Source of the DNA: Gnetum montanum
Lineage: Eukaryota; Plantae; Gnetophyta
Length of the DNA stretch: 64,000 bases
Direction of reading: 5' to 3'
NCBI GenBank assembly: GCA_015680685.1
Contig: MNCI01003445.1
Coordinates: forward strand, 359,363-423,362
Positions 39,863 through 51,700 of this stretch are shown one piece after another. Each line of letters begins with the position of its first letter. The first letter of the stretch is position 1. Made by a program: the position numbers and the translations under genes. A model generated the notes under the pieces. It was not told where the DNA came from. It was given only the letters and a program-made list of their open reading frames with translations, and made no database searches.

Positions 39863-41649
39863 GCTACTACAACAGAGAATACAACAACCTTGATGGCTAT
39901 GATGAACCCCTATTGGTTGCCTGAAGCTTGATCAACATAAGGAAGATTGTTTACATTCCCATAATGCATCAAAGGGATAGTTACATCAAGCAATCCACAT
40001 GAATAACATTTCAAAGTTTGAGGGAGGTAACAATGCAGATCCACAACATCACTTGGAAGCCTTCCATGATGCTTGTGCACTATAAAACATTGAGAATGAT
40101 TGATAGAAATGTAAGTTGTTTACAAAGACATTAATTAAAGAAGTAGAGAGTTGTCACCAATCTTTGGAACCAAACTCTATTTGTAAATGAAGTACCATGC
40201 TAGAGCTCTTTAGTGACAAATGCTAGACCTATTTAAGAGTGTTCAATCTAAAAAAGCAAATTAAAAAATGGAGACAAGGGACCTATGAATCCCATGATGT
40301 AGCCATTGGTAAGTGTTACTTCTGCATAGATGCCTAGGGCACGACTTTTCTCAGAAAGAACAACTTAGGTATATTATTAATGGGTTCTGAAACAAAACAA
40401 GGGAGACCTTTGGGGTTTATGCTCAAGGAAGATTATCAAAGATGAGAACCTATTGAATCCAAAGGCTCATTGATCAAGTGGTAAAAAATAGGAGAATTGA
40501 TGGAAGGAAAACCTACAGAAGAATATAATAAAGATCCATCCATTCATAAGAAGGATGCTTGTGCATGTTTCAAGGGAAGTTGAGGATCCCATGGAAGAGG
40601 TGATCCAAAGAAAGACTTTGCCCATTCAAAAATCTATTTTCGGTATTGCAGCAAAAGTTGAGAAAATGTGGGATTTTGTAGATGAGAAGTTTGTAACTGT
40701 ATTGAAAATAGTACAAGAAAAGCTAGAGCAAGTATTGAACAAGGAAAATGAGAAAAAGAAGAATAAAGAAAGAGGTAGAGACATGTACAAGGGAAAATGT
40801 GCTACTATAGAAGAGGTTGTTGATTCAAATTCAGAAAGAGATGACAAGTGCCTTTTATGTTAGTATGAACACTCTAAAGGATGTTGCTTTGTTATGATAC
40901 ATTTACAAGAATTAGGGGCATATGATCTCAATCCCAAATTTGTTAAAAAACATGTGCCTAGGAGATTGTCTTATCCACAAGGTAGTTACCAATAGTCCTA
41001 TCAACAACCATACTATTTGAGTGAGACTCATCATCAACCTCAAGAACAATACCATTCGCATTGGCAAAATCCACAGTTGTTGGGGATGCCACCACCAAGG
41101 CAACAACATCTTTACATGAAACTTGATCTATATGGATACTATGTTCAACAACCTGTTTCTTTGGGAAATGCTTATACTCATACGTTTTATTCCTACTATC
41201 CACTGGAGTACCATAGACCATCAACTCCATATCCAGAATTAACTTCTTATGTTCCACATCAACCACATCCTTAGGAGTCTCACAATTTGCTCCCTTCAGT
41301 TTTGCCACCACCAATGTAAGGAGAGTTGCCAACTCAGCCTCAACAAAAGAATGCAACAATGGTAGTAAACACATAGATGGACAACTATACCAAAAATTCA
41401 GAGTGCAAGTCTAGGAAGCATCCTTTCTTTAGGACAAGTTCTAAACTTGTAGAGAGCCGGAAAGTTTATCAGGCCATCCAAATTAGTACAAGAAACTATT
41501 TTCGTGGCTCTAGCCCTAGTTTCCATGCATCCAAGTTCAAATGAATTCATGTTTCCTTTGAACTAAAGTATAAAACATCAAAACTATTATGCTTACCTAG
41601 ACAGTAAGCAACTGGATTAAGGCAGGGAGGCTTCCCAAAAAAAGAACTG

Positions 41650-44600
41650 ATTTGGGAAGTCCATTGGTATATTTATAAATAGGCGAAAATGCACCATGCA
41701 AAGCACTCGTAGACTCAAGTTTTAGGATGAACCTTATTTCATAAGATATGTACAAGGCTAGGAACTTGCTTCTATTAAAGAAATGCAATATTCGATTAGG
41801 GCTCATAAATTGATCTATCGTAGTTCGTTATGGCAAGTAGAAGATGTAGTGGTTACCATAATTGGTTGGTCCTACCTAGCTAATTTCTTAGTTATCCATG
41901 TAGGGCAAAACAAAGGTGAATTCTCAATCATTATAGAGAGAGCATGGCTTGGCATGATCGATGCTAAGCTAGGAATTAGAGACTTATCCTTGGAGATCTT
42001 AAAGGAGGATAAGCACGAAGCCATATAAAAACAAAGAGTTCCATGCATTTCATATAGTGATACAGGGTGTAGTGGTGTGTAGAAAGTATGTACAAGTAAA
42101 CAAAGAAATATTTTAGGATGTAGTAAATGTATAGAAGAATTGTGTGTACAAAAGTTCTTGTATGTAGCAGTCACAAAACAAGAAAACACCTAGTGGTTGA
42201 CTATTGATGAAGAGTGTAAATCTAAAATATGCATGGAATCTATTGAGAAACTCACAAGTGCATATATGAATGAGATAGATGAAATGGAATAGGTAAAGAG
42301 ACAACTTTCCCTTATAGACTATGAAGAAAAAGAAGGCATGGACTAGGGAAAGTTGAAGATCCCAGATAAAATTGAACTAGAGCCTATAGTACTAAAGACA
42401 TTACTGAACTTACTTGAACCTGTATTTATGAATAATGACAAACTAGTAATTATTAGCACCAACTTAACAAAGGAATAGAAGAAGAAATTACTTGAGGTTA
42501 TTAACAAATGACCTACAACCTTCATGTGGTCTTATGATGAAATCCCCGAAATTGAGCCACACATATGCCAACATCGTATCTACATGAATTCAGCAGTGAA
42601 ACCATGTCGCCAGCCATAACACATATTGAGTCCAAAATTGAAAGAAGTTATTAAACAAGAACTTGGTAAGCTATTAGAGGTAGGATTTATCTAGTCAATA
42701 GCAGATGGTGAGTGGGTGAGCCCACTTGTTATCATCCTAAAGAAAGGTGACAAGTGGAGGGTCTGGCTAGACTTTAGACTATTGAAGGTAACTATATTTA
42801 AGAGTCACTTTCCTTTGCCATATGTAAATCAAGTTCTAGATATCATAGTAGGGTATAAATACTATAGTTTTCTAGATAGGTATAGTAGATATAATCAAAT
42901 CCAAATAACCCTATAAGACTTAAAAAAAAGACCACCTTCATGAGTTCATGGGGGACATTTTCATATAGATGGATACCATTTGGTCTTTGTAATGCTCTTG
43001 CAACCTTCTAAAGATTTGTCCTCAACATGTTTCAGAAATAGATATGCAATGATGTGGAGGTCTTTATGCACGACTTATTCACATATGGTTTTAGTTTTGA
43101 GCAAGTCTTGGACCACCTTGAGCAAGTGTTGAAATGATGTGTTAAAACTAATCTTAAGTTCAATTGGTAGAAGAGTCATCTAATGGTCCAAGAAGACATA
43201 GTTCTTAGGCATAAAATTTTAGAGAAAGGGGTTGAATTGGTTTTAGAAAAGATAAAGGTCATACAAGGCATCACTCAAAAGCAACAAATAGTTAGAGATG
43301 CCAAGTCATTTCTTGGCCACATTAGGTATTATAGAAGATTTGTTGAGAATTTCATTAAGGTTGTGAAGCCTTAGGTCAAGTTAACAAATAAGGATGCACC
43401 ATTCATTTGGTTGGAAGAATGTGAAAAGACTTTTGAACTTCTCAAGTAAAAGCTATTGGAAACTCTCATTCTTTAAGTGCTAGATTGGTCAAAGCCATTT
43501 CACATAATGATAGATGCAGCTAACTATACATTAGAAGTAGTACTTACGTAGCTTTATGATTAGACACATTTGTATTATATTTGTTATGCAAGTAAGAATA
43601 TCACAAGAGTATAGCTTAATTACACCATCACATAGAAAAAATTAATGGTAGTGGTGTATGTTCTTGAAAAGTTCAGATGTTATGTACTTAGCTACCATGT
43701 CTATGTCCACACTGACCATGGTGTCATCAAGCTTCAAATAAAGAAACCAACAGCTAGTCCTCCTGTCATATGATAGCTTATAATCTTATAGGAATTTGAT
43801 CTTATGATGATAGATAAAAAGGGCACTGAAAATGTAGTTAATCATTTATCTTGGTTGTGACGGGATGAAGATCTTGATAAAAAACCACTCTCAGATCAAT
43901 TCCCAAATGAGCTACTATTCACAAAAGCAGTGATGGTTTCAAGTTCAATAGACAAATCATGGTTTGCCAGCTATCTTACTAATGTAACCATATAAGAATT
44001 CCTATTGAATGGGATAGAAAGAAGAAGCAACAATTTTTGCATTGATCCAAATACTTCATTGAGATAAAGGGTAACCATTACAAAAGCTGTGATGATAGCT
44101 TGATTTGATGGTTTGTACTTGATGAGAACCAACAATGGGTTTTCTAGGATGCTCATGAAGGACTGTGTGGGGGCCATTACACAGGAAGAAGAACAACCAT
44201 TAAGATTCTCATGGTTGGCTATTTTTGGCCTACCATTTTCAGGGATGTTCACTATTTTGCGAAATCGTATGAAAGATGCCAAAGGGATGGTGGGATGAGA
44301 GCTAGATTTGAAGGACCACAACAATGGATCCACTTGTTGGAATCATTTGATATATAGGGAATTGACTTCATAGATTCCATCACGTCTATGTCTAATGGGA
44401 AATCTTTTATAATTGTTGTTGTTGATTATTGTATTGAGTAGGCAGAAGTTGCTACAGTAACAAATTGCAGAGCAGCAACAACCACTAAGTTTTTCCAGCG
44501 CATGTGGTGAACCGATTTGGTGTAGCTAGAGCACTAAATGTAGATAATGGTACTTATTTCATAAGTGCTATATTTAAGAAGCTTTGTAGTGCTTGGGAGT

Positions 44601-45200
44601 TGAATAGAATTTACCAATGCCATATCATCCTCAACCAACTAGCCAAGCAGAATTCACCAATCAGGAAATTACAAGGATAATAATGAGAATAATCATTTAA
44701 TATAGGAAGTGCTAGAGCACAAAATTGAATGATGTTCTATGGACATATATATCTACTTGGGGACTTTCTATGGGTTATTCCTCATATGAATTAGCCGATG
44801 ACAGATTACCCAATTTACCCATTCAAGCTGAGCTCTACACACTAATGATCACGTGTGACTTAGACTTTAACCTCAATTTAGCACAAAGAGAACAATTGAT
44901 GAAAACTGATTAGTAGCACTAATGCACAATGAGGTACATAAACATTACACCAAATAAAGGCACAACACTAGAATACGACATAGACATTAAACTAGGAGAT
45001 ATGGTCCTTTACTATAATCCTAACCATGTGCTTTAGCGCACTAAATTCCAAACACTGTGGAGGGACTATACATTGTCCATGCCACTTACCAATTTAGTGC
45101 CATGCAAATTTATCACCCAAGCAACCCACATAAGTTAATATTGGTCAACATTCAACAAGTCAAGCCATTTAGGAAATCTCGAGAGATTATGACCTCTTCA
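41650..45200 (+). pseudogene. pol: Gypsy pol (protease, RT, RNase H, integrase), decayed
   Basis: WVSPLVII.KK..KWRVWLDFR, FLDRYSRYNQI, PFGLCNA, FMHD, SFLGHIRYYRRFV, DAA, GIDFI, DNG.YF, YHPQ. Confidence 0.92.
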
Positions 45201-46257
45201 TTCTCTTCCACCATAGTAGCAACTTGATCCATTTTTTACATCTCCTCCTAAAAACCTCAGCCGCGGGGAGATTCCCATTCTGATGAGGCCTTGAAAACGT
45301 GACTTTTTTTTTTGTTTTGCAATTTCTTCACAGTTTTCAAAATTTTTGATCATTTTCAATTTATTTGATATCTTTCAATTCTTGATAAGTTTCCCTATTT
45401 TTTTGATATTTTTGGTTCTCTCTATAATTTTCTATTCTTTGAAGTCATTTTCTTTGAATTTTGTCCATATATTCATTATTTCTGCTAATAAAGTTAACAA
45501 CCATATGCAAGATACAACTCTATAGGGGATTTTATTCTATGTTATCGAATTATTGAAGGAGTAATTGTGCATATAGCGAGATCACAATATTCACCCCTGC
45601 ATTTATATTAATAAGAGGTTTGTACCATGGAAATAATGTGGTCTTAATCACATTTTAAAACTAAAAATTATGCCCTGATCACTGCACCTTGAAAGGAGGA
45701 GGAAGGACCAAGAGGGTTGGACAAGGGTGTGACATCAAGGGGATTTGCTGATATCAAATAGGGTTAGATAAGAGGTCTCAAACATTCTATTGTGAAGCAC
45801 CAGGGTAATAACGAAAACACTGATTGTTATGCAAAATGCTGTTTTTATTGTTGTGCAAAACATTGATGTGTTCAAATGCTGATTTGGGGCTCAAAAAACA
45901 AGTTGATTATTCAACATTTTTAATTTGGGCGTGATTTTCCAATGTGGGATATTTTTCTGATTTTCTGATTACATCAATGCACTGTGCTTGTGTCAATTTT
46001 TCAATTTCACAAACTAGGATTCTAGCTTTGATATTTTCTTGTTTGCAACCACACTTCAATTCGGGAATTTTTTTTTGGCAATTGCAATTTGGGATTTTTT
46101 TTGGTAATTTTAATGAATCTCTCAATTTCACCTTCTGCATTCAACGATTAATTTCTTGTAATTCCCATTCAAACCCAAAGGATTGAAGGGTTAAGAACTA
46201 ATTTGAATTTTTGGGAATTTTTTACAAAAAATTACAGTTAATCCTTGGTGATTGTAG

Positions 46258-49030
46258 ATGGTTCCAAAACAAAATCCTGAAGCTGGAGGACCATCACAAC
46301 CACGAGAGAGGCAAATAAGAAGTGAGCATGGCAGAGGATGTGGTAGAGGTAGAGACCAGCCACAAGAATCATATGTTGAAGAACAAGAATTCCAATCTTG
46401 GACTGTTCAACAACCCATGCCACAATAAAACAATCTGCACAGGCCAAAGCATTAGTGCCACCTGCTCTAGAAGCATACAGACAACTCACTTTGTTAGAGG
46501 ATTGTGTTAAAGTGATCAGTGATAAAACCGTTATGGCCAGCATTATTTTTGAATTGAATTTTAGGCCATTTTTGGAATTTGCGCTATAAGAGGTTAGACT
46601 TCACCATTTTGGCCAATATTTCCTCAAATAGGGCATGGTATATAGGGGAGATTACCAATTTTAGCACAACAGGCATTCATATGGTATAGTAAAGATAAAA
46701 GTTGTCTCAATCTCTTATTTAGTTAAAGCCATTGCTGCAGTGTTGGGATTACCTAACATTGGCACAAAGACAGTCATGGTGTCTACTAGGTCTAAGATGG
46801 AAGCAAGACACTTATGACTATAAAGGGCTTATGGAGGTGAAAATAAGAACTTTGGGGAACTAAGGTCATTATTTCAAAAGACACCTACCACTTATATCCT
46901 ACCAGGAGCCTAAGCAGGATATCAACATATGCAACTAGAAGTAATGCTGTTCTTAGTGGCAGATATCCAACAACATGGGCCATCTTCTCTTTTTGGAGAT
47001 AGAAAGAAGGTTTAAAGAGAAATAATTAGGCAAACCCCACATTGCCATTCCCTTGATTGATAAGGAAGTTATGTAAAAGGGCTTGTATCAAAGGATATAC
47101 TAATGACATAGTGAGAAAACCTCAAAATGCTTCATACATAAAAAATAGTATAGGCTGTGCCTACTAAGAAAGATAAAGGAAAAGCACCATTAAGCACACC
47201 AGCAGATACAATTCCTATAATAGAAACTAGTGGTGCAGGCCCTAGCACACACATCCTTATAGCATGCTAGGAGTATACAAATCATCTATGAGCTATTTAC
47301 AAGAATTATTAGAAACCATGAACTTGAGAACACGAGACATGACAAGAATGTTTAAAGTAATAGAGGATCAGTGAGAAGTCTCATCCAACCTTGTAATTGG
47401 GTAGATCTCAAGTTGATGTTACAAGAGATGATTGGATTGGCTAGATCTTTGGAATGTTGCTGCATTTCAAGTGATACTTGAAACATGAGAAGGGGCCACA
47501 ATTATAGTCATTTTATATGAAGGAGAGCAAGGAGTTGTAGACCTTGTCATATTAAGGATGCTCTCAATGTGACAGTAGTGCCACCCCTAGATTTTATGAT
47601 CCTACAAGATGTTCAAGCAATAATTGAAGCCAGAGAAAAGGAAAAAGAAATAATGAGTGCAAAATAGCATGAGGATGCATTAGAAGGACTGGTGCAAATA
47701 GGATAGATGATCTAGGATATTTCTGACATTCATGAGGATACAACAGCCACCTAGTCTAAACTAATTTCTACACAAGGGAAGCTGGTTATTGCTAAATCAA
47801 GGTTACAACATGCTAAGTTGGAGATCCAAAGAATGCAAGATGAAATAGCCCAATTTAGAATCCAGCATCACGATCTTGCAAGGCATGTTGCTCTAGAGCA
47901 GTTGGAATAATTCAAAACAGAATAGGTCAACAACCTTATGATTAAGCAATATCAATAGGAGATAGAGAGAGAACAAGCAATGTGGAACACATCTGTAGTA
48001 GATGCTAAGACTTATGTTCATGCAAAAGCCATTGCTGCACTAGAAGAAAAAAAATAAGAACTTTGCAATAAAAAATAGAAGATTGGTCAAATTTGAGAAG
48101 GAAAAAGATCAATTGAACGAAAACCTCAGCTACCTTCGTTTGCAGTTTGCAAGAGTCAGCTTGGACATCAATAAATTGGCCAAAGAAAACAGGAACTTAT
48201 CAATGAAAGAAGTCTACTTAATGAGACCAAAGTTTGCAATTAAAATTAATGTGTGGCAAAAGGAGGCCAATAAGTATGAAAAGTTGAAAGAGCATTTCAT
48301 GGGGCAAGTGGGCATGCAAAAGTAAATTCATGAAGAAGAAATCAAATTAACAAAGGCCAAAGTGGATGCTACTCTTTAGTAGGTGACCAAATGGCAACCC
48401 ATCCTTGATAGCATCATAGCTATCAATTAGGCATAATTAAAAGTGAGTAAGTTACAGATTGAGGATGACTCAATATTTAGAATTGGCTAATCTTAGATAT
48501 GCTAACTTGGCAACGTTGACAGCAGGCAGACCAAAAAATCAGATTGAAAAGCAGCTGACAGCCATGTATTTACTCTACAAGAATGAGCGTAAACACTGCA
48601 ACGAGGTGCATTTGAATTTGCATATTGCTAATGTAGAGTTAGAAGTTTTGAAGATGAAGTATACTAATCAGAGGAACATAGCAGAAAATTTGGTAAAACA
48701 CATTACAAATTACCTGAATTTGCAAGCACAAGTGAATGCATTTAACATTAAAAGGAACAAATTTGCAGCTTGGTACGTCGAGGCCAACGAATTATTCCCA
48801 TAGTTGCCTTACTCACGGGAAGTGCTGACAATAGCAAATCTTGCCATTTTGGCATGGATTGTGAATGATTCCAAGATAAATGAAGGGAAGTTGAAGGCGT
48901 TGCTAAGTGACTTTCACATGAAGAGGTTAGCAATTTTAGGAAAACAGCCACAGCAGCAACCAATATAAGCCACCATTGCTAGGAATGATAAGAAGGCCTT
49001 CATTGACTATTTTTGAAGATCCAACAATTT
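46258..49030 (+). pseudogene. 3' extra (env-position) ORF, about 900 codons: LGLP-motif domain plus long coiled coil
   Basis: TTGTAG|ATG start MVPKQ..., IAAVLGLPNIG, heptad-rich C-terminus (48083-48803); lies between the integrase and the PPT. Confidence 0.7.
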
Positions 49031-50665
49031 TTGTCATTTTTATCCTATGTCTAGATGTTTCGGTCCTTTTTGTAATCCACTCAGATAAACAATGTAATAT
49101 GGCACTTTAGTCTACTCAGTGACTTAGTAGTTTGTTTGTTTGTTAAGATAATTAGTTGAGTTACTTCTACAATTTTGTAACAAACTCAGTCCCACTTTCG
49201 TTTAACTTGAGTATGAGGTTTTAGTTTGTTGTGAGGGTATGATGAACATTAAGTAAGTTAAGTGTGACTTCACACATATGATATTGTACCTATGATATCG
49301 TAGCTGTGATATTGTATGCTGATATGATGTACTTGGGACTGGTAATTCCTATAAATACTGCTCAACCATCACACTTAATATACCTTTTTGGTCATCCTTT
49401 AGTTAAACTCTTGCAGTTTCTTTCTATAAATTTTAGAGTTAGTGTGTGAGTGCCTATATTGTGATCCAAAGTGATTGCATGATGTCTTTATTAAGGTGAG
49501 ATGTACCTAGATGCATTTCATGGCTGGAAATAAAGATTGAGATCATTTCTAATCATTGCAACATATCATGTAGCATAGATTTACATTTGCATTGTATGTT
49601 AATACTTTGGCAAAATAAGTGCAACCAATCTTGAGCATAAAATGTAATTGTTTGTTAACTCAGTAGTGATATCATTTGGTACACCCAGTAGTGATAGTTG
49701 CTTAATAATTTGGGTTGCAATTATACGAAGCTAGGATGTGTACAATAAGTTGGGACTAGATGCTTGCCACTAGGCTAATATATGATATACTTTTACCGTC
49801 ACTTAGCTTTTGCAACCAAACAACATTGTTATATTGTATAACTCATTGTGAGTTAAACTATACATATTGAGCACAATTAACTCAAGTGAGAAAACGACAA
49901 TCAACAATCATGCATTAACTTTCTAGAAACAATATTAACCCATCTGTGGAGCATGATAAGGTTGCATATAATGTTTATTTGATTTGTATGGTTGGGCATT
50001 GGAAACTCTCATTGCTCATCAAAACACTTAGCAACACTCCTTCACATTGTGTGAGGAGGTTTACATATACAATAAAGTTGATTGATATTATTCTTACTTG
50101 AATTATGCTTTGTTTACTAACTATGGAGAACTAGGAACATTTGCAGAAGCTAAAGGTTCTCCAGATGCATATAAATAGGATGTAGCAATGAAAGAAGACC
50201 ACTGATTCTTAAATTAGAACCATACAAGGGATATAATGTCTTTGGATAAAGGAAAAAAAGCTCTAAGCAACTATCAAGCTTATAGATTGAAGATAGATTT
50301 AATTCGTTAGAAAACATACAAGACAGCATTGGTGGTAAAAGGGATTGCACAGTAACTTGCTATTGAATTTACAAATATTTTTAAAGTAGTAGTTAAACAT
50401 TCTTCAATTAAATTATTTGATCTTTGATTGCTTGTTTGGACTTTGAATTAGAATAATTAGATATTAAGAAAACCTTCCTACATGGTGATGTTGAAAAAGA
50501 GATATACATGTAACAACTGAAAAGATATATAGATGCAAAATATCCAAACATGGTGTGGAGGCTGAACGGAAGTTTTTATGGCCTAAAACAAGCTCCTAGA
50601 TAGTGGAATAAGAAGTTTGATGCATTTATGAAGGAATTGAATTATACCAGAAGTAGTTTTACCTT

Positions 50666-51700
50666 TACTAATCCTCAACCCTTTTGACTCTAAGGTAGAG
50701 AAAGACCTTAGAGTCAAAAGGGTTGAGGATTAGTAGAAATAAATAGAATACATGGAGTGCACTTTTAGTGGAAAAGAGAGTAATAAAGAAATCAAGATTA
50801 TAATACAAAACCAAGAAGCTGGCCAATGTAAGCAATGGTTACTTGGGGCCTTTGGTTCAAGTGGAGGTGAGTTTAATAATGATGCTACAAATAAAATTGA
50901 AACAAGATGGAATAAATGGTGAGAAGCTAGTGGTGCACTTTATGATAGAAGAATCCTTGCTAGGTTGAACGGTAAGTTCCATAGAATTGTTGTTAGACTT
51001 GTGATTCTTTATGGTGCAGAATGCTAGCTTATATAAAGAAAAACATTAGGCACAATGCATGCATGTGGTAGAGATGCCTATGCTGAGGTGGATGTTGGGT
51101 GTGATTAGGAAAGATTGAATTAACTGCTCTTTTATTAGAAGATATTTGGGAGTAGTTCCCATAGATGAGAAGATTAAGGAGACTCATCTTAGGTGGTTTG
51201 GTCATGTATTAAGAAGGTCAGAGAATGCTCCTATTAGAAGCAGTTGGTTCATTAAAGTTGAAGGAAACCAACAAAGAGGTAGACCAAAATATACTTGGTT
51301 TGCTTGCATAAAGAAAGATACCCAAGATTTGCGTATTAATGCTATTTTGGCTTTTAATAGAAGTGAATGATGTAAGCAGTTGGTTCATTAAAGTTGAAGG
51401 AAACCAACAAAGAAGTAGACCAAACTATACTTGGTTTGCTTGCATAAAGAAAGATACCCAAGATTTGCGTATTAATGCTATTTTGGCTTTTAATAGAAGC
51501 GAATGATGTAAGTAGTTGGTTCATTAAAGTTGAAGGAAACCAACAAAGAAGTAGACCAAAATATACTTGGTTTGCTTGCATAAAGAAAGATACCCAAGAT
51601 TTGTGTATTAATGCTATTTTGGCTTTTAATAGAAGCAAATGATGTAAAAGGACTCGTATAGCTGGACCCATGTAGTTGGGATAAGGCTAGGATGATGATG
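50666..51700 (+). mobile_element. 5'-truncated RTE-clade LINE inserted in the Copia RT
   Basis: TLESKGLRISR..EYMEC, LYGAEC, LRWFGHVLRR...RGRPKYTW; 3' end ACCCATGTAGTTGGGATAAGGCT plus (GAT)n. Confidence 0.88.
51239..51646 (+). repeat. 3 x 136-bp tandem repeat at the RTE 3' end
   Basis: Units start at 51239, 51375 and 51511; only a few substitutions. Confidence 0.95.

Larger units (their letters stand above)
37062..50021 (+). mobile_element. Full-length but decayed Athila-like Ty3/Gypsy element
   Basis: LTRs 37062-37855 and 49240-50021 (TGATG...CATCA); perfect TSD AAACA; degenerate Asp-type PBS; PPT TTGTGAGGGTA; order gag-PR-RT-RH-INT-extra ORF. Confidence 0.92.
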
